Assembly (NCBI GenBank): GCA_001818695.1
Contig: MHJG01000003.1
Location: 4,890 to 68,889 of the forward strand
Direction of reading: 5' to 3'
Length of the DNA stretch: 64,000 bases
DNA from: Candidatus Harrisonbacteria bacterium RIFCSPHIGHO2_02_FULL_42_16
GTDB lineage: Bacteria > Patescibacteriota > Minisyncoccia > UBA6257 > 02-FULL-45-10c
Both the position numbers and the translations under genes were made by a program. Positions 54,694 to 64,000 of the stretch are shown here, one piece after another (within the stretch, counting starts at the first letter, position 1; each line of letters opens with the position of its first letter). Below the pieces are notes generated by a model. The model had not been told where the DNA came from. It worked only from the letters and a program-made list of their open reading frames with translations, and did no database searches.

Positions 54694-54721
54694 TTTACAG
54701 GTTATAAGCCATTACAAAAAA

Positions 54722-55504
54722 TTATAGGTTCTTATAAAAAATGCGGTTTTCCACCCTTAAATCAACGTATCTTATATTTTTAAAACCGGTTTCTTCACGG
54801 ATGGATTCCAGAGAATTCAGATTGGCGGAAGGGTCAAACCTGACACTGAATAAAAATTCCGTTCCGGCATAAGTTTTTACCTGAACTTCTTGAAGTTTTC
54901 CGTCATAAATAATTTTTTGAATGGGAAGACGCAGGCCTAAAATGCCTTTTAAAACAGCCGTTACATCCGTTATAAACCTGTCTTCAATAACTTTATCCCC
55001 TAAGCTGATTCTTTTTTCACCGTTATCATAAACGGTTAGAATAAGTGAACCTTCTGTTTTCGGGGCTTCTTCAAAAATAACGCCATTATTATCCATCCAG
55101 TGGCAATCGTCGCCGGTTGAACACCAAATGGCGAATCGCTCCCGTTCTTGGATATCAATAATAACTGATTGACGGAGCCAATCTCTATCAATATCGGCTT
55201 TTGATAGGGCGGTTCCGGAAACATTAAAATTTTTGCCGTTCCAAACAAAAAGATTATTTAAACCAGAAAAATTTTTAATTTCGTTGTTTAAAATCAGCGG
55301 CTGGAGAATGTTTAAAACTTGCCTGTCGGTCAAATGGCGCGCTCCGGTGATTTTAAAATTCCTGACTTTAAAAATCGGCGAATAAAAAACGGCGTAAAAA
55401 ATTCCTATCAGCGCCAAACCCGATAAAAATATCCAAAAATATAATTTTATCCTAAAAGAAGAACGGTTTTTTTGCAATCGGTTTTGGTCAAGATAAACTT
55501 GCAT
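54722..55504 (-). CDS. ftsQ: cell division protein FtsQ/DivIB
   Basis: TM, POTRA-like region, I.ER, YVDLR..NR.FYK. Confidence 0.75.
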   Translation of the reverse strand: MQVYLDQNRLQKNRSSFRIKLYFWIFLSGLALIGIFYAVFYSPIFKVRNFKITGARHLTDRQVLNILQPLILNNEIKNFSGLNNLFVWNGKNFNVSGTALSKADIDRDWLRQSVIIDIQERERFAIWCSTGDDCHWMDNNGVIFEEAPKTEGSLILTVYDNGEKRISLGDKVIEDRFITDVTAVLKGILGLRLPIQKIIYDGKLQEVQVKTYAGTEFLFSVRFDPSANLNSLESIREETGFKNIRYVDLRVENRIFYKNL

Positions 55505-55511
55505 TGAAGAG

Positions 55512-56630
55512 TTAAACGATAATCCGTTTAATCAGCGGATTAATGCGGGTAATCAATTCATAATGGATGGTATTTAATTTTTGGGCGGCATCAAAAGCGG
55601 AAATTTCTTCCCCTTTTTGCTTTCCAATAATAGTGGCTTTATCTCCGGCTTTGCAAGAAATACCGCTAACATTTACCACCACTAAATCCATAGAGACGCG
55701 TCCCAATATCTTAGCCCGGATGCCGCGAATCAGAACTTCTCCGATGCCGGACAATGCCCTTGGAAATCCATGCCAGTAGCCAATCGGCAAAATTGCCATC
55801 AATATCGGTTTGTTTGCCCGTTCAATCAAGTCATAGCCGATAAAATCACCTTTTTTAACCGTTTTAATTTCGCTGATAATCGTATGCCAAGAAAGTGCCG
55901 GTTTAAATCGCAAGTCCTGCCTTTGCAGGGATAATTCTTTAGACGGCCAGAGTCCATAAAGGCCAATTCCGGTTCTTACGGCGTCCAGATGGTATTTATC
56001 GTTGATTAGAGTTCCGCCAGTGGCGGCGGCATGCTTAATTAGTTTTTTAAAACCTCTTTTTTCAAACAAAACCGCAGCTTTATTAAAATTGGCAAATTGC
56101 CAATCGGTATAAGCAGGATAATTTAAGTCCTTAGCGGATGCAAAATGGGTATACACGCCTTTCAGGCAATTTCTAATTTCTAATTTAGAATTTCTAATTA
56201 TTTTTATAACTTGCGGAAGGTTTTTAAAATAAAATCCCTGCCTATGCATTCCAGTGTCAATTTTAAGGTGGAAAAATGGCTTATGTTTACTTTTGGCAAA
56301 GTAAGCCAACGCGTCAAAATTAGATATGGTAACGGTAAGCTCGTTTTGGGCGGCGTCTTTTAAAAAATGGGGCATTGTCGGTCCGAGCACTAAAATGGAC
56401 TTTTTAACGCTGTTTTGGCGCAATTTTAACCCCTCTGCCACGCTGTCAACGCAAAAACCGTCCACTTTATGGCTGACCAGCTTGGAAAATTCCACTAATC
56501 CGTGTCCGTAAGCGTTGGATTTTACTACCGCCCAAAGCTTGGTTTTCGGTTTCAGCAACGAACGCAAAACTCCGCAATTATATTCGGCGGCATTCTTATT
56601 GATTTCCACCCAGGTTTTAAATTGATGCAT
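55512..56630 (-). CDS. alr: alanine racemase
   Basis: VVKSNAYGHG, HLKIDTGMHR.G, THFA, GR.SMD, TI.YE. Confidence 0.96.
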   Translation of the reverse strand: MHQFKTWVEINKNAAEYNCGVLRSLLKPKTKLWAVVKSNAYGHGLVEFSKLVSHKVDGFCVDSVAEGLKLRQNSVKKSILVLGPTMPHFLKDAAQNELTVTISNFDALAYFAKSKHKPFFHLKIDTGMHRQGFYFKNLPQVIKIIRNSKLEIRNCLKGVYTHFASAKDLNYPAYTDWQFANFNKAAVLFEKRGFKKLIKHAAATGGTLINDKYHLDAVRTGIGLYGLWPSKELSLQRQDLRFKPALSWHTIISEIKTVKKGDFIGYDLIERANKPILMAILPIGYWHGFPRALSGIGEVLIRGIRAKILGRVSMDLVVVNVSGISCKAGDKATIIGKQKGEEISAFDAAQKLNTIHYELITRINPLIKRIIV

Positions 56631-56693
56631 AGTTGAAAATAAAAAACTAACCTAATATAATAATAGCAAGAAGTTCTTTGGGAGTATAATACG

Positions 56694-57203
56694 ATGAGAA
56701 AAGAGCTTGGACAGATCTGGCGCCAATTCAGGGAAAGTCCGTTTTTTCTGCAAGCATTGCTTGTTTTGGTAGTATTAAGCATACCCATAGGAATGCTTTT
56801 AGAAAAAGTAGTTACTGGCCGTATTACCTACGAACAACAGACGCTAATCAATTCACTAAAAAGCGACCCTTTATTAGATTTATTATTATTTCAAGTTATA
56901 CGGGCGGGGCTTGAGCAAGAATTTTTTTATAGAGGACCGATACGATTATTAGTTCTTTTTGCGCCTCAAATTAGCCGTAAAAATATCGGATTACTGTTAA
57001 AAATTTTCGCGTGGCTGGTAATTATAATGCCAATGTATTTTTGGGTGCCTGGACATCCTGATGCTGTACAAACAGTTTTGCTTGGGTTGGCTTGCGGCTG
57101 GACAGTATTAAAAACGAGAAGTTTGGAAAGCGCCGTTTTAATTCATATGGGATTCAACGCGCTTAATTTAATTGGCGGGCTTATCCAATATCGATTTTTT
57201 TAA
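56694..57203 (+). CDS. CPBP/Abi intramembrane protease-like protein
   Basis: EQEFFYRG, H, S...V..HM.FN. Confidence 0.7.
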   Translation: MRKELGQIWRQFRESPFFLQALLVLVVLSIPIGMLLEKVVTGRITYEQQTLINSLKSDPLLDLLLFQVIRAGLEQEFFYRGPIRLLVLFAPQISRKNIGLLLKIFAWLVIIMPMYFWVPGHPDAVQTVLLGLACGWTVLKTRSLESAVLIHMGFNALNLIGGLIQYRFF

Positions 57204-58449
57204 TTTCATCTATGCCTAAATACGGTTGCAGTATTTTGGGAACGGTTATCGTTCCCTTTTTTGTTTGGTAATTTTCCATAATGGCAATAATCATCCTGCC
57301 GATAGCAAAGGCCGTGCCGTTTAGCATATGGACGTACTGAGGGGTTAGGGTTGAGGGGTTAGGGTTGAGGGGTTTATACCGAATTTTTAAACGGCGGGAT
57401 TGAAAATCAGTAGTATTGGAAGTAGAATGAGTTTCCCGATACTCGCCTTTTCCGTTATTTTGTCCGGGCAACCAGACCTCAATATCGTATTTCGCCGCCG
57501 CCGGGTCTCCCAAGTCGCCGGAGCAGATATCAATTACCCGATAAGGTAATTCCAGCGTTTGCATTAATTTTTCCTGCAAAGAAAGCAGAAATTGGTGCTC
57601 TTTTTCCGAGTCCTCCGGTTTTACGTAACTGAACATTTCCACTTTATCAAATTGGTGGACGCGCAAAATTCCTTTGGTGTCTTTGCCATAGGAACCGGCT
57701 TCCCGCCTGAAACAAGTTGAAAAAGCCACATATCTTTTCGGCAGTTCTTTTTCTTCAAAAATTTCGTTTTGGTGCATCGGCCCGACGGATTGTTCGGAAG
57801 TGCCGGCCAAATACAAATTATCCGCAGGCAAATAATATATTTCATCTTTTCCCCGTTCCAGATAGCCCATTGACCACATTGATTTTTCATTAAGTAAAAC
57901 TGGCGGCACCACCGGAATAAATCCTTCTTTAACCAATATTTTTAAAGCTAAATCCACTAAAGCGAACTCCAATAAAACAGCGGCGCCTTTTAAATATCCA
58001 AAACGGCTTCCGGAGACCTTTGCCGCCCGTTCAATATCAATTAAATCCAGTTCTTGCGCCAGAGTTAAATAATCTTTCGGCTTGTCCAATTTTGGCTTCT
58101 CGCCTACTTCTTTCAAAATTTTATTTTCGGACTCGTCTTTGCCAACCTGCGCCGATGCTAAAGGCAAATTAGGCATTTGATGCAAGGCCTCCTGGCGCAT
58201 TTTATCCAAATCAGTCATATCCGCCTCCAACTTTTTTAAAACGTCTTTAATTACCCTTGCTTCCTCAATTTTTTTTTCTTCTCCTAATTTTTTCTGCTTA
58301 GCGCGGGAATCGTCAAATTGCTTAGTAAGAACCCGCCATTTTTCGTCCAGCTCTAAAAATTTATCAACCAAATCGGGAGCGGCATTTTTTGCGGCTAACC
58401 CCCTTTTAACTTCTTTTGAATTATCGCGGATAAAATTAATGTCTAACAT
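57181..58449 (-). CDS. serS: serine--tRNA ligase
   Basis: MLDI..IR, GTSE, FRREAG, RVHQF.KVE, H.LNGT. Confidence 0.98.
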   Translation of the reverse strand: MLDINFIRDNSKEVKRGLAAKNAAPDLVDKFLELDEKWRVLTKQFDDSRAKQKKLGEEKKIEEARVIKDVLKKLEADMTDLDKMRQEALHQMPNLPLASAQVGKDESENKILKEVGEKPKLDKPKDYLTLAQELDLIDIERAAKVSGSRFGYLKGAAVLLEFALVDLALKILVKEGFIPVVPPVLLNEKSMWSMGYLERGKDEIYYLPADNLYLAGTSEQSVGPMHQNEIFEEKELPKRYVAFSTCFRREAGSYGKDTKGILRVHQFDKVEMFSYVKPEDSEKEHQFLLSLQEKLMQTLELPYRVIDICSGDLGDPAAAKYDIEVWLPGQNNGKGEYRETHSTSNTTDFQSRRLKIRYKPLNPNPSTLTPQYVHMLNGTAFAIGRMIIAIMENYQTKKGTITVPKILQPYLGIDEIKKIDIG

Positions 58450-58470
58450 AGTAAAAAATAATATAAATTA

Positions 58471-59859
58471 TTATTTTAAGGGCCGGAGCGTCGGAAAAAT
58501 AATGATTTCTTTGACGCTGTGGCTGTCCGTTAAAAGAGAGACCAACCTGTCAACGCCAATGCCAAGCCCGGCTGCCGGCGGCATTCCATATTCCAGCGCT
58601 TCCAGATAATCTTCATCCAGGCGCGACGCTTCTTCGTTGCCGGAACGGTGCATTTTTTCCTGTTCTTCCATCCGCCGGCGCTGTTCTTCCGGGTCGTTTA
58701 ATTCCGAATAACCGTTGGCAATTTCCATTCCGGCAATCACCAATTGGAATCGTTCAGTAAAATCCGGATTATCCGGGCATGATTTCGCCAATGGTGAAAT
58801 TGCTTTCGGATATTTAATCACCAAAGTCGGTTCAATTAATTTGGGGCGAACCTCTTTTTTAAAAATTTCGTCAATCTTTCCCATATTTAAATCCCTCATT
58901 TTTTTTCCGGTATGCTTTTCCACCAAATTTTGATAATCCTCTATTTTCCATTCAGAGCATAAATTTAATTTAATGCCTTGATAAACTGCCGTTTTAATCC
59001 GCAGTTTATCCAAAATAGCTAAAAACCATTTTTGCGTTGCCGCCATCAGGCCTTTGTAATCCTGATACGCCCAATATAATTCCAACATAGTAAATTCCGG
59101 ATTATGTTCCCGGTCTATGCCTTCATTGCGGAAATTGCGCCCGATTTCAAATATTTTTTCAAAACCGCCCACTAAAAGCCGTTTTAAGTAAAGTTCCGGC
59201 GCGACGCGCAAATAAAAATCTTCATTCAAAGCGTTATGATGGGTTTTGAATGGCCTGGCAATAGCTCCGCCGGCAATCGGCTGGAGCATTGGCGTTTCCA
59301 CTTCTAAAAATCCGTCCTTTTTTAAAATCTCTCGCAATTCCTGAATGATTAAAGAACGTCGCTGTATCTTGTCTTTAATTTCTCCGTTTAAAATCAGGTC
59401 CAAATATCTTTTTCGATATCTTTCTTCAATATCTTTTAATCCGTACCATTCCGAAGGCAGAGGCCTTAAACTTTTAGCCGCCATTTCCAACTCCTGAACT
59501 TTAACGCTTTTTTCTCCTTTTTTAGTTTTAAATATCCGTCCTTTTACGGTGATAAAGTCCCCTATATCCAGACAGTTTTTCCATAAATCAAAATTTTTAA
59601 CTGATTTTTTAACAAGCACTGCCTGGATTCGGCCGCTTTCGTCTTTTAAATCCACGAACATTACTCCTCCTTGCGCCCTAAGACCGAAAATCCGCCCGCT
59701 TACCGCAACTGTATTTTTAAATAAAGATAAAAATAAAAAATGCCGCAAAACTTTTTTAATAAGATGCGTTCTTTTGGGATTGCTCGGATAGGCGTTATAG
59801 CCGGCGCTAATGATGCTGTCCCTTTTTTTTATCCGTTCTTGAACAATATCCTTTAACAT
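58471..59859 (-). CDS. lysS: lysine--tRNA ligase (class II)
   Basis: YR.RYLDL, GGA.ARPF.TH, APELYLKRL, HNPEFT, YGMPP. Confidence 0.98.
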   Translation of the reverse strand: MLKDIVQERIKKRDSIISAGYNAYPSNPKRTHLIKKVLRHFLFLSLFKNTVAVSGRIFGLRAQGGVMFVDLKDESGRIQAVLVKKSVKNFDLWKNCLDIGDFITVKGRIFKTKKGEKSVKVQELEMAAKSLRPLPSEWYGLKDIEERYRKRYLDLILNGEIKDKIQRRSLIIQELREILKKDGFLEVETPMLQPIAGGAIARPFKTHHNALNEDFYLRVAPELYLKRLLVGGFEKIFEIGRNFRNEGIDREHNPEFTMLELYWAYQDYKGLMAATQKWFLAILDKLRIKTAVYQGIKLNLCSEWKIEDYQNLVEKHTGKKMRDLNMGKIDEIFKKEVRPKLIEPTLVIKYPKAISPLAKSCPDNPDFTERFQLVIAGMEIANGYSELNDPEEQRRRMEEQEKMHRSGNEEASRLDEDYLEALEYGMPPAAGLGIGVDRLVSLLTDSHSVKEIIIFPTLRPLK

Positions 59860-59864
59860 GAAAC

Positions 59865-60323
59865 TTACTCAATGGAAACTATTGTGTATTCCGTTTTGCC
59901 GTTTGGCGCGGAAACCACCGCTTTATCGCCTATCCGTTTTTCTAAAAACGCGCTGCCTAAAGGCGATTCATTGGAAATCAAACCGGAAACCGGGTCAGCT
60001 TCATTAGAGCCGACAATGGTAAATTTTGTTTTTTCTCCATTTTTTTCTACTACCACCGTTGACCCGACATTAACGATTCCCGAAGAAAATGTCTTTTCAA
60101 TTATTTTCGCGTTCTTAATCATATCTTCCAATGCCGAAATTCTCGTTTCTACCTGCGCCTGTTCTTCTCTTGCTTCGGCATATTCGGAATTTTCCGACAA
60201 GTCCCCGAATTCTTTTGCTTTTTTCAGCCGTTCGCCGACTTCTATTCTGCGACGGGTCTTCAAATCCTCATATTCTTTTTTTAATTCTTCTAACCGTTCT
60301 TTTGAGAGATATTGTTGGTCCAT
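59865..60323 (-). CDS. greA: transcription elongation factor GreA
   Basis: GDLSENSEY..A.E.Q, IS.ESPLG. Confidence 0.97.
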   Translation of the reverse strand: MDQQYLSKERLEELKKEYEDLKTRRRIEVGERLKKAKEFGDLSENSEYAEAREEQAQVETRISALEDMIKNAKIIEKTFSSGIVNVGSTVVVEKNGEKTKFTIVGSNEADPVSGLISNESPLGSAFLEKRIGDKAVVSAPNGKTEYTIVSIE

Positions 60324-60397
60324 TGTTTTGTTTTTTCAAAAAATAACTAATTTGTGCGAATAAACTAATATGTGAATTCGTTATTCGATGATGAAAT

Positions 60398-61129
60398 TCA
60401 TTTTAAATTGTAAGTATTCCTCCAAAGCCACCAGCGTACTTTAACAACTTCCCATAAAGTTTGCAAATACCCTTTTATAGGCACGGCCCGTTCCGGATTA
60501 TTGGCCCAGAATATCGGGATTGATTTTATTTTATAGTTTAGCGCTTTAGCGATTGCCAGCGCCTCAACATCAAATCCCCAGCCGTCAACTTTAGTCAGAT
60601 GAAAAATTTTTTCCGCCGCCTCGTCGGAAAAACATTTAAATCCGCATTGCGTATCCCATACTTTAGGCAATAAAATCGCCTGAATAAGAAGATTGCCGAG
60701 ATTGCCGATAAGCCAGCGATACCACGGCTGGCGCGGAAGCATCCTTGCCCCCCTAACATCGCGCGAACCGATAGCCACTTCATAACCTTCTTTAAAGTAA
60801 GGAATCATTTTATTGAATTCCACTATGGAAGTGGAATTATCCGCGTCCATAAAAAGCCGCCAAGTGCCTTTGACGGACAACATTCCTAATCTCACCGCCG
60901 CGCCTTTGCCTTTATGTTCTTTATTGTCAATCAATTTTAGGTTTTCTATCAAGGGTATAAAACGGCTGGTAATTTTAGCCGTATCATCGGTTGAGCCGTC
61001 ATTCACAACCGTAATGTCATAAGAATATTCCTGCTGTTCCAAATGCTTGTCAATATCAATAAGCGTCAGCGGTAGACGCTTAGCTTCATTATAAGCGGGT
61101 ATTATGACTGATAGAAAAGGCCGTGCCAT
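60398..61129 (-). CDS. GT2 dolichyl-phosphate glucosyltransferase-like protein
   Basis: IPAYNE, NDGS.D, GKG.AV, DAD, DTQCGFK, FDVE. Confidence 0.9.
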   Translation of the reverse strand: MARPFLSVIIPAYNEAKRLPLTLIDIDKHLEQQEYSYDITVVNDGSTDDTAKITSRFIPLIENLKLIDNKEHKGKGAAVRLGMLSVKGTWRLFMDADNSTSIVEFNKMIPYFKEGYEVAIGSRDVRGARMLPRQPWYRWLIGNLGNLLIQAILLPKVWDTQCGFKCFSDEAAEKIFHLTKVDGWGFDVEALAIAKALNYKIKSIPIFWANNPERAVPIKGYLQTLWEVVKVRWWLWRNTYNLK

Positions 61130-61174
61130 ACGAACATTATAACAAAAAAGACGTTTTTAGGCGTCTTTGTTTTT

Positions 61175-61345
61175 TTAAAGATTTATTGTGGCTATTCTTC
61201 TATTATGCTTTTTTAAAAGATGGTTAATCATTTTATCGGAAATAATTATTTTACGGCAATACCTGCACACTACACAGCAAGGAGCATTATGACGACATTT
61301 ATAGCGATGCTTCTTAGAATGATACTCACAATTGCATTCAAACAT
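61175..61345 (-). CDS. 56-aa Cys/His-rich protein with a C2H2-like finger
   Basis: MFECNCEYHSKKHRYKCRHNAPCCVVCRYCRKIIISDKMINHLLKKH...; poly-G RBS, promoter and terminator. Confidence 0.55.
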   Translation of the reverse strand: MFECNCEYHSKKHRYKCRHNAPCCVVCRYCRKIIISDKMINHLLKKHNRRIATINL

Positions 61346-61431
61346 ACCCCCCCCTTATTGCAATATCTATTTTAAAGGTTCTTATATTTATTAGATAGTA
61401 TATAAAAACTCTATTTGTTTTGTCAAGCGAG

Positions 61432-62184
61432 TTAACGAGTCAATACCTCCGGCTCCCTTTCAGTAATCAACACTGTATGTTCAAAATGGGCGGTTAAACT
61501 TTTGTCGCGGGTGGCATAGCTGTCATCGGAAAGTTGGCGGATATAGGGGTCGCCCGCCGAAACCATAGGTTCCAACGCCAGTGTCATTCCCGGTTTTAAT
61601 TTCAAGCCGGTATTTTTCTGGCCTTCGTTAAAAATCGGCGGGTCTTCATGTAATTCCCTGCCAACGCCGTGCCCGCTCAAACCCTTTACCACTTTAAATC
61701 CATTTTTCGTAACATAATTATTGATTGCCCAGCCAATATCGCCTAAAGTTTTTCCCGGGCGGCATTCTTTAATGCCGACTAATAAAGCGTTGCGAGTGGT
61801 ATTCATAAGCCGTTTTGTTTCATCGGATATTTTTCCAATGCCGACCGTAAAGGCCGCGTCAGCAATATAATTCTGGTAAGTAACGCCAAAATCCAGCTTT
61901 AATAAATCGCCGGATTTAAGTTTATAAATAGTTGGCGTTCCGTGCACCACCACTTCATTTAAAGAAGCGCAAATAGAAGCCGGAAACGGTTTGGCCGCGC
62001 CATATGGCTGGTAACCTAAAAAAGTTGGTTCGGCGCCGGCTTCTCCAATCAACTCTCTTGTCAAATCGTCTAATTCTATTAAAGAAATGCCTTCTTTCAC
62101 CTCTTCTTTTATCCGTTTCGCCGTGGCGGCAAGAATTTTTCCGGCCGCTCGAATCAACTTAATTTCTTCAGCGGTTTTTATCAT
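61432..62184 (-). CDS. map: methionine aminopeptidase
   Basis: S.NE.VVHG.P, D.G, GHGVG..HE.P, EPM, HFEHT. Confidence 0.98.
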   Translation of the reverse strand: MIKTAEEIKLIRAAGKILAATAKRIKEEVKEGISLIELDDLTRELIGEAGAEPTFLGYQPYGAAKPFPASICASLNEVVVHGTPTIYKLKSGDLLKLDFGVTYQNYIADAAFTVGIGKISDETKRLMNTTRNALLVGIKECRPGKTLGDIGWAINNYVTKNGFKVVKGLSGHGVGRELHEDPPIFNEGQKNTGLKLKPGMTLALEPMVSAGDPYIRQLSDDSYATRDKSLTAHFEHTVLITEREPEVLTR

Positions 62185-62193
62185 ACAATTACA

Positions 62194-62874
62194 TCAGCGC
62201 AATTTTTTTAAAATTGAAGCGAATACTTTATAAGGCAAAGGTCGGCCGTCCACTTTTATAATTTTATAACCTTTTTTACGCAATCCGTTCAGAATTGGTT
62301 CGGTTCTTTCTTTATATTCTTTAATGCGGGTTTCAAATACTTTTGGATTATCCACAGAGCGTTTCCGCAGTTTTCCGCCGCAAAGGGGGCAGGTTTTATG
62401 TTGGTCAGTGTCATTGTATAAAATTGCCGTTCCGCAAACCGAACAAATTTTACGATTTTTATTTCTTAAAATTGAAATTTTGGGGTTAATTTCTAAAAAA
62501 AATAGGAGAATATTTTTTTTACCATATTCTTTTTCTAAAATGCTGATTATTCCTTTATTTTTGCTGTCGCCGAATGTCTCAAAAACAGTCCGCGGAGAAC
62601 CGCTGAATATCACGCCAAATCCGGCCTTGGCAAGTTCCCTGGTTTTTTGGCGGACAATTTTTAAAACCCAACTTGGCGTGCAAAGTTTTCCGGTGTCAAA
62701 AATAACTTTTTCCCGTTGGATAACTTTGTCTTTTTTATTCACGGGGTCACGCACTACTTGTTCTATATATTTTCCGGTATCAAAATGAATCATTCCGAAT
62801 TTTCCAGCAATCAGATTTGCTTGCGTCCCCTTGCCCGCTCCCGGCGGTCCGTAAATTATAATCGCTTTACGCAT
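62194..62874 (-). CDS. adk: adenylate kinase with Zn LID
   Basis: GPPGAGKGTQA, SPRT, CxxC...CxxC; secY-adk-map order. Confidence 0.93.
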   Translation of the reverse strand: MRKAIIIYGPPGAGKGTQANLIAGKFGMIHFDTGKYIEQVVRDPVNKKDKVIQREKVIFDTGKLCTPSWVLKIVRQKTRELAKAGFGVIFSGSPRTVFETFGDSKNKGIISILEKEYGKKNILLFFLEINPKISILRNKNRKICSVCGTAILYNDTDQHKTCPLCGGKLRKRSVDNPKVFETRIKEYKERTEPILNGLRKKGYKIIKVDGRPLPYKVFASILKKLR

Positions 62875-62909
62875 TTACAGCATTATAACACAAAGCGGCT
62901 ATTTATTTT

Positions 62910-64000
62910 TTAAATTCCTTCGTATTCCCTCATCACTAATTGTGATTCTACCTGTTTCATTATTTCCAGCGCCACCGATACTACGATTAAGAGAGCGGTT
63001 CCGCCTAAAGTTAAAAGCTGGATACCGGTCAGAATTTGAGTTAAATTCGGCAAAATAGCGATAGTTCCTAAAAATAAAGCTCCAAATAAAGTAATCCTGT
63101 TGATTATTTTTGCTAAAAATTCTCCCGATGGCTGTCCCGGCCGAATGCCCGGAATAAATCCGCCGCTTCTTTGCAAGTTCTTGGAAATTTCTTGAGGGTC
63201 AAAAGTGATAGCGGTATAAAAATAAGTGAATACCACTACCAGCATAAAATAAAGCGCGGCATAGATAAATTGGTTAGTTAAAAATTGATTTACTATGGCA
63301 TTTAAGCGGATAGCGAGGTCGGTGGAAATTAAAGCGGATATTTGAGCCAAAAATTGCGGAAATAACAACAAAGAAATGGCAAAAATAATCGGGATAACGC
63401 CGGCTTGATTTACTTTAAGAGGCAAGTAGCTGGAAACGCCGCCGTACATCCGATTGCCGCGAATCCGTTTTGAATAAGAAACGGGTATTTTCCGCTCGCC
63501 TTCGCTGATAAAAACCACTCCGGCGATTACTACGACGCTTAATAATAAAAACACCGCATAGGTAGGCAGGAGTCCCGGGTCATAGCCGAAAAGTACGCCG
63601 CGCACCGTACTTGGCAAACCGCTTACAATGCCGGCAAAAATTAAAAATGATATTCCATTGCCGATTTTTTGTTCACTAATTAATTCGCCAAGCCAGACAA
63701 GGAATACAGAACCGGCAGTAACTAAAATCACATTTCGGATAGTGTCAAAAAATGATAATGGCGAAAGCACTTGCTGGGAAAGCAGAAGATTTAAAAATCC
63801 ATATGCTTGCAAAGCCCCAAGCGGAACGGTTAAATATCGAGAATAGCGGTTGAATTTTGCCCGGCCGGCTTCGCCTTGTTCATAATATGTTTCTTTGAGA
63901 TGAGGAAAAATCATGGTTAAAAGTTGCATTATAATAGTGGCCGTAATGTAGGGGCCGACTCCCAGCATTACAATAGAAAGATTAGAAAGAGCGCCGCCGG
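62910..64000 (-). CDS. secY: preprotein translocase SecY (5' end outside window)
   Basis: LGVGPYITA.II.QLL, GNGIS..IFAGI, AGVIPIIFA, IPGIRPG, GGT.LLIVV. Confidence 0.98.
   Translation of the reverse strand, partial: GGALSNLSIVMLGVGPYITATIIMQLLTMIFPHLKETYYEQGEAGRAKFNRYSRYLTVPLGALQAYGFLNLLLSQQVLSPLSFFDTIRNVILVTAGSVFLVWLGELISEQKIGNGISFLIFAGIVSGLPSTVRGVLFGYDPGLLPTYAVFLLLSVVVIAGVVFISEGERKIPVSYSKRIRGNRMYGGVSSYLPLKVNQAGVIPIIFAISLLLFPQFLAQISALISTDLAIRLNAIVNQFLTNQFIYAALYFMLVVVFTYFYTAITFDPQEISKNLQRSGGFIPGIRPGQPSGEFLAKIINRITLFGALFLGTIAILPNLTQILTGIQLLTLGGTALLIVVSVALEIMKQVESQLVMREYEGI

Overview
About 64 kb of a low-GC bacterial chromosome using the standard genetic code. Gene content and style (shortened pgk/secA, prepilin-like gene, VirD4/HerA-like ATPase, giant FG-GAP surface protein, PaaX/Cas2-like and small GIY-YIG genes) suggest Patescibacteria/CPR, Parcubacteria-like; this is inference. 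Core genes: pgk, hpf, secA, lepA, prfB, ftsEX, fmt/def, rpmA, gltX, murG, ftsW, ychF, ftsQ, alr, serS, lysS, greA, map, adk, secY and three tRNAs. Between them are single-gene islets, TA modules and pseudogenes. Main unexplained structure: (1) small genes each bracketed by their own hairpin or inverted-repeat family (GIY-YIG in nested TIRs, two ArsR genes between inverted ATTC-GTG[A/C]-GAAT hairpins, a PaaX/Cas2-like gene between direct-repeat hairpins, ftsE between ~120-bp repeats), with solo copies elsewhere, including in-frame inside housekeeping genes; (2) MITE-like elements with 4-bp target duplications at -35 boxes or start codons; (3) several promoter-to-terminator non-coding units, including a tRNA-shaped RNA with a 34-nt anticodon loop. 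No CRISPR array, rRNA, transposase or integrase was seen.
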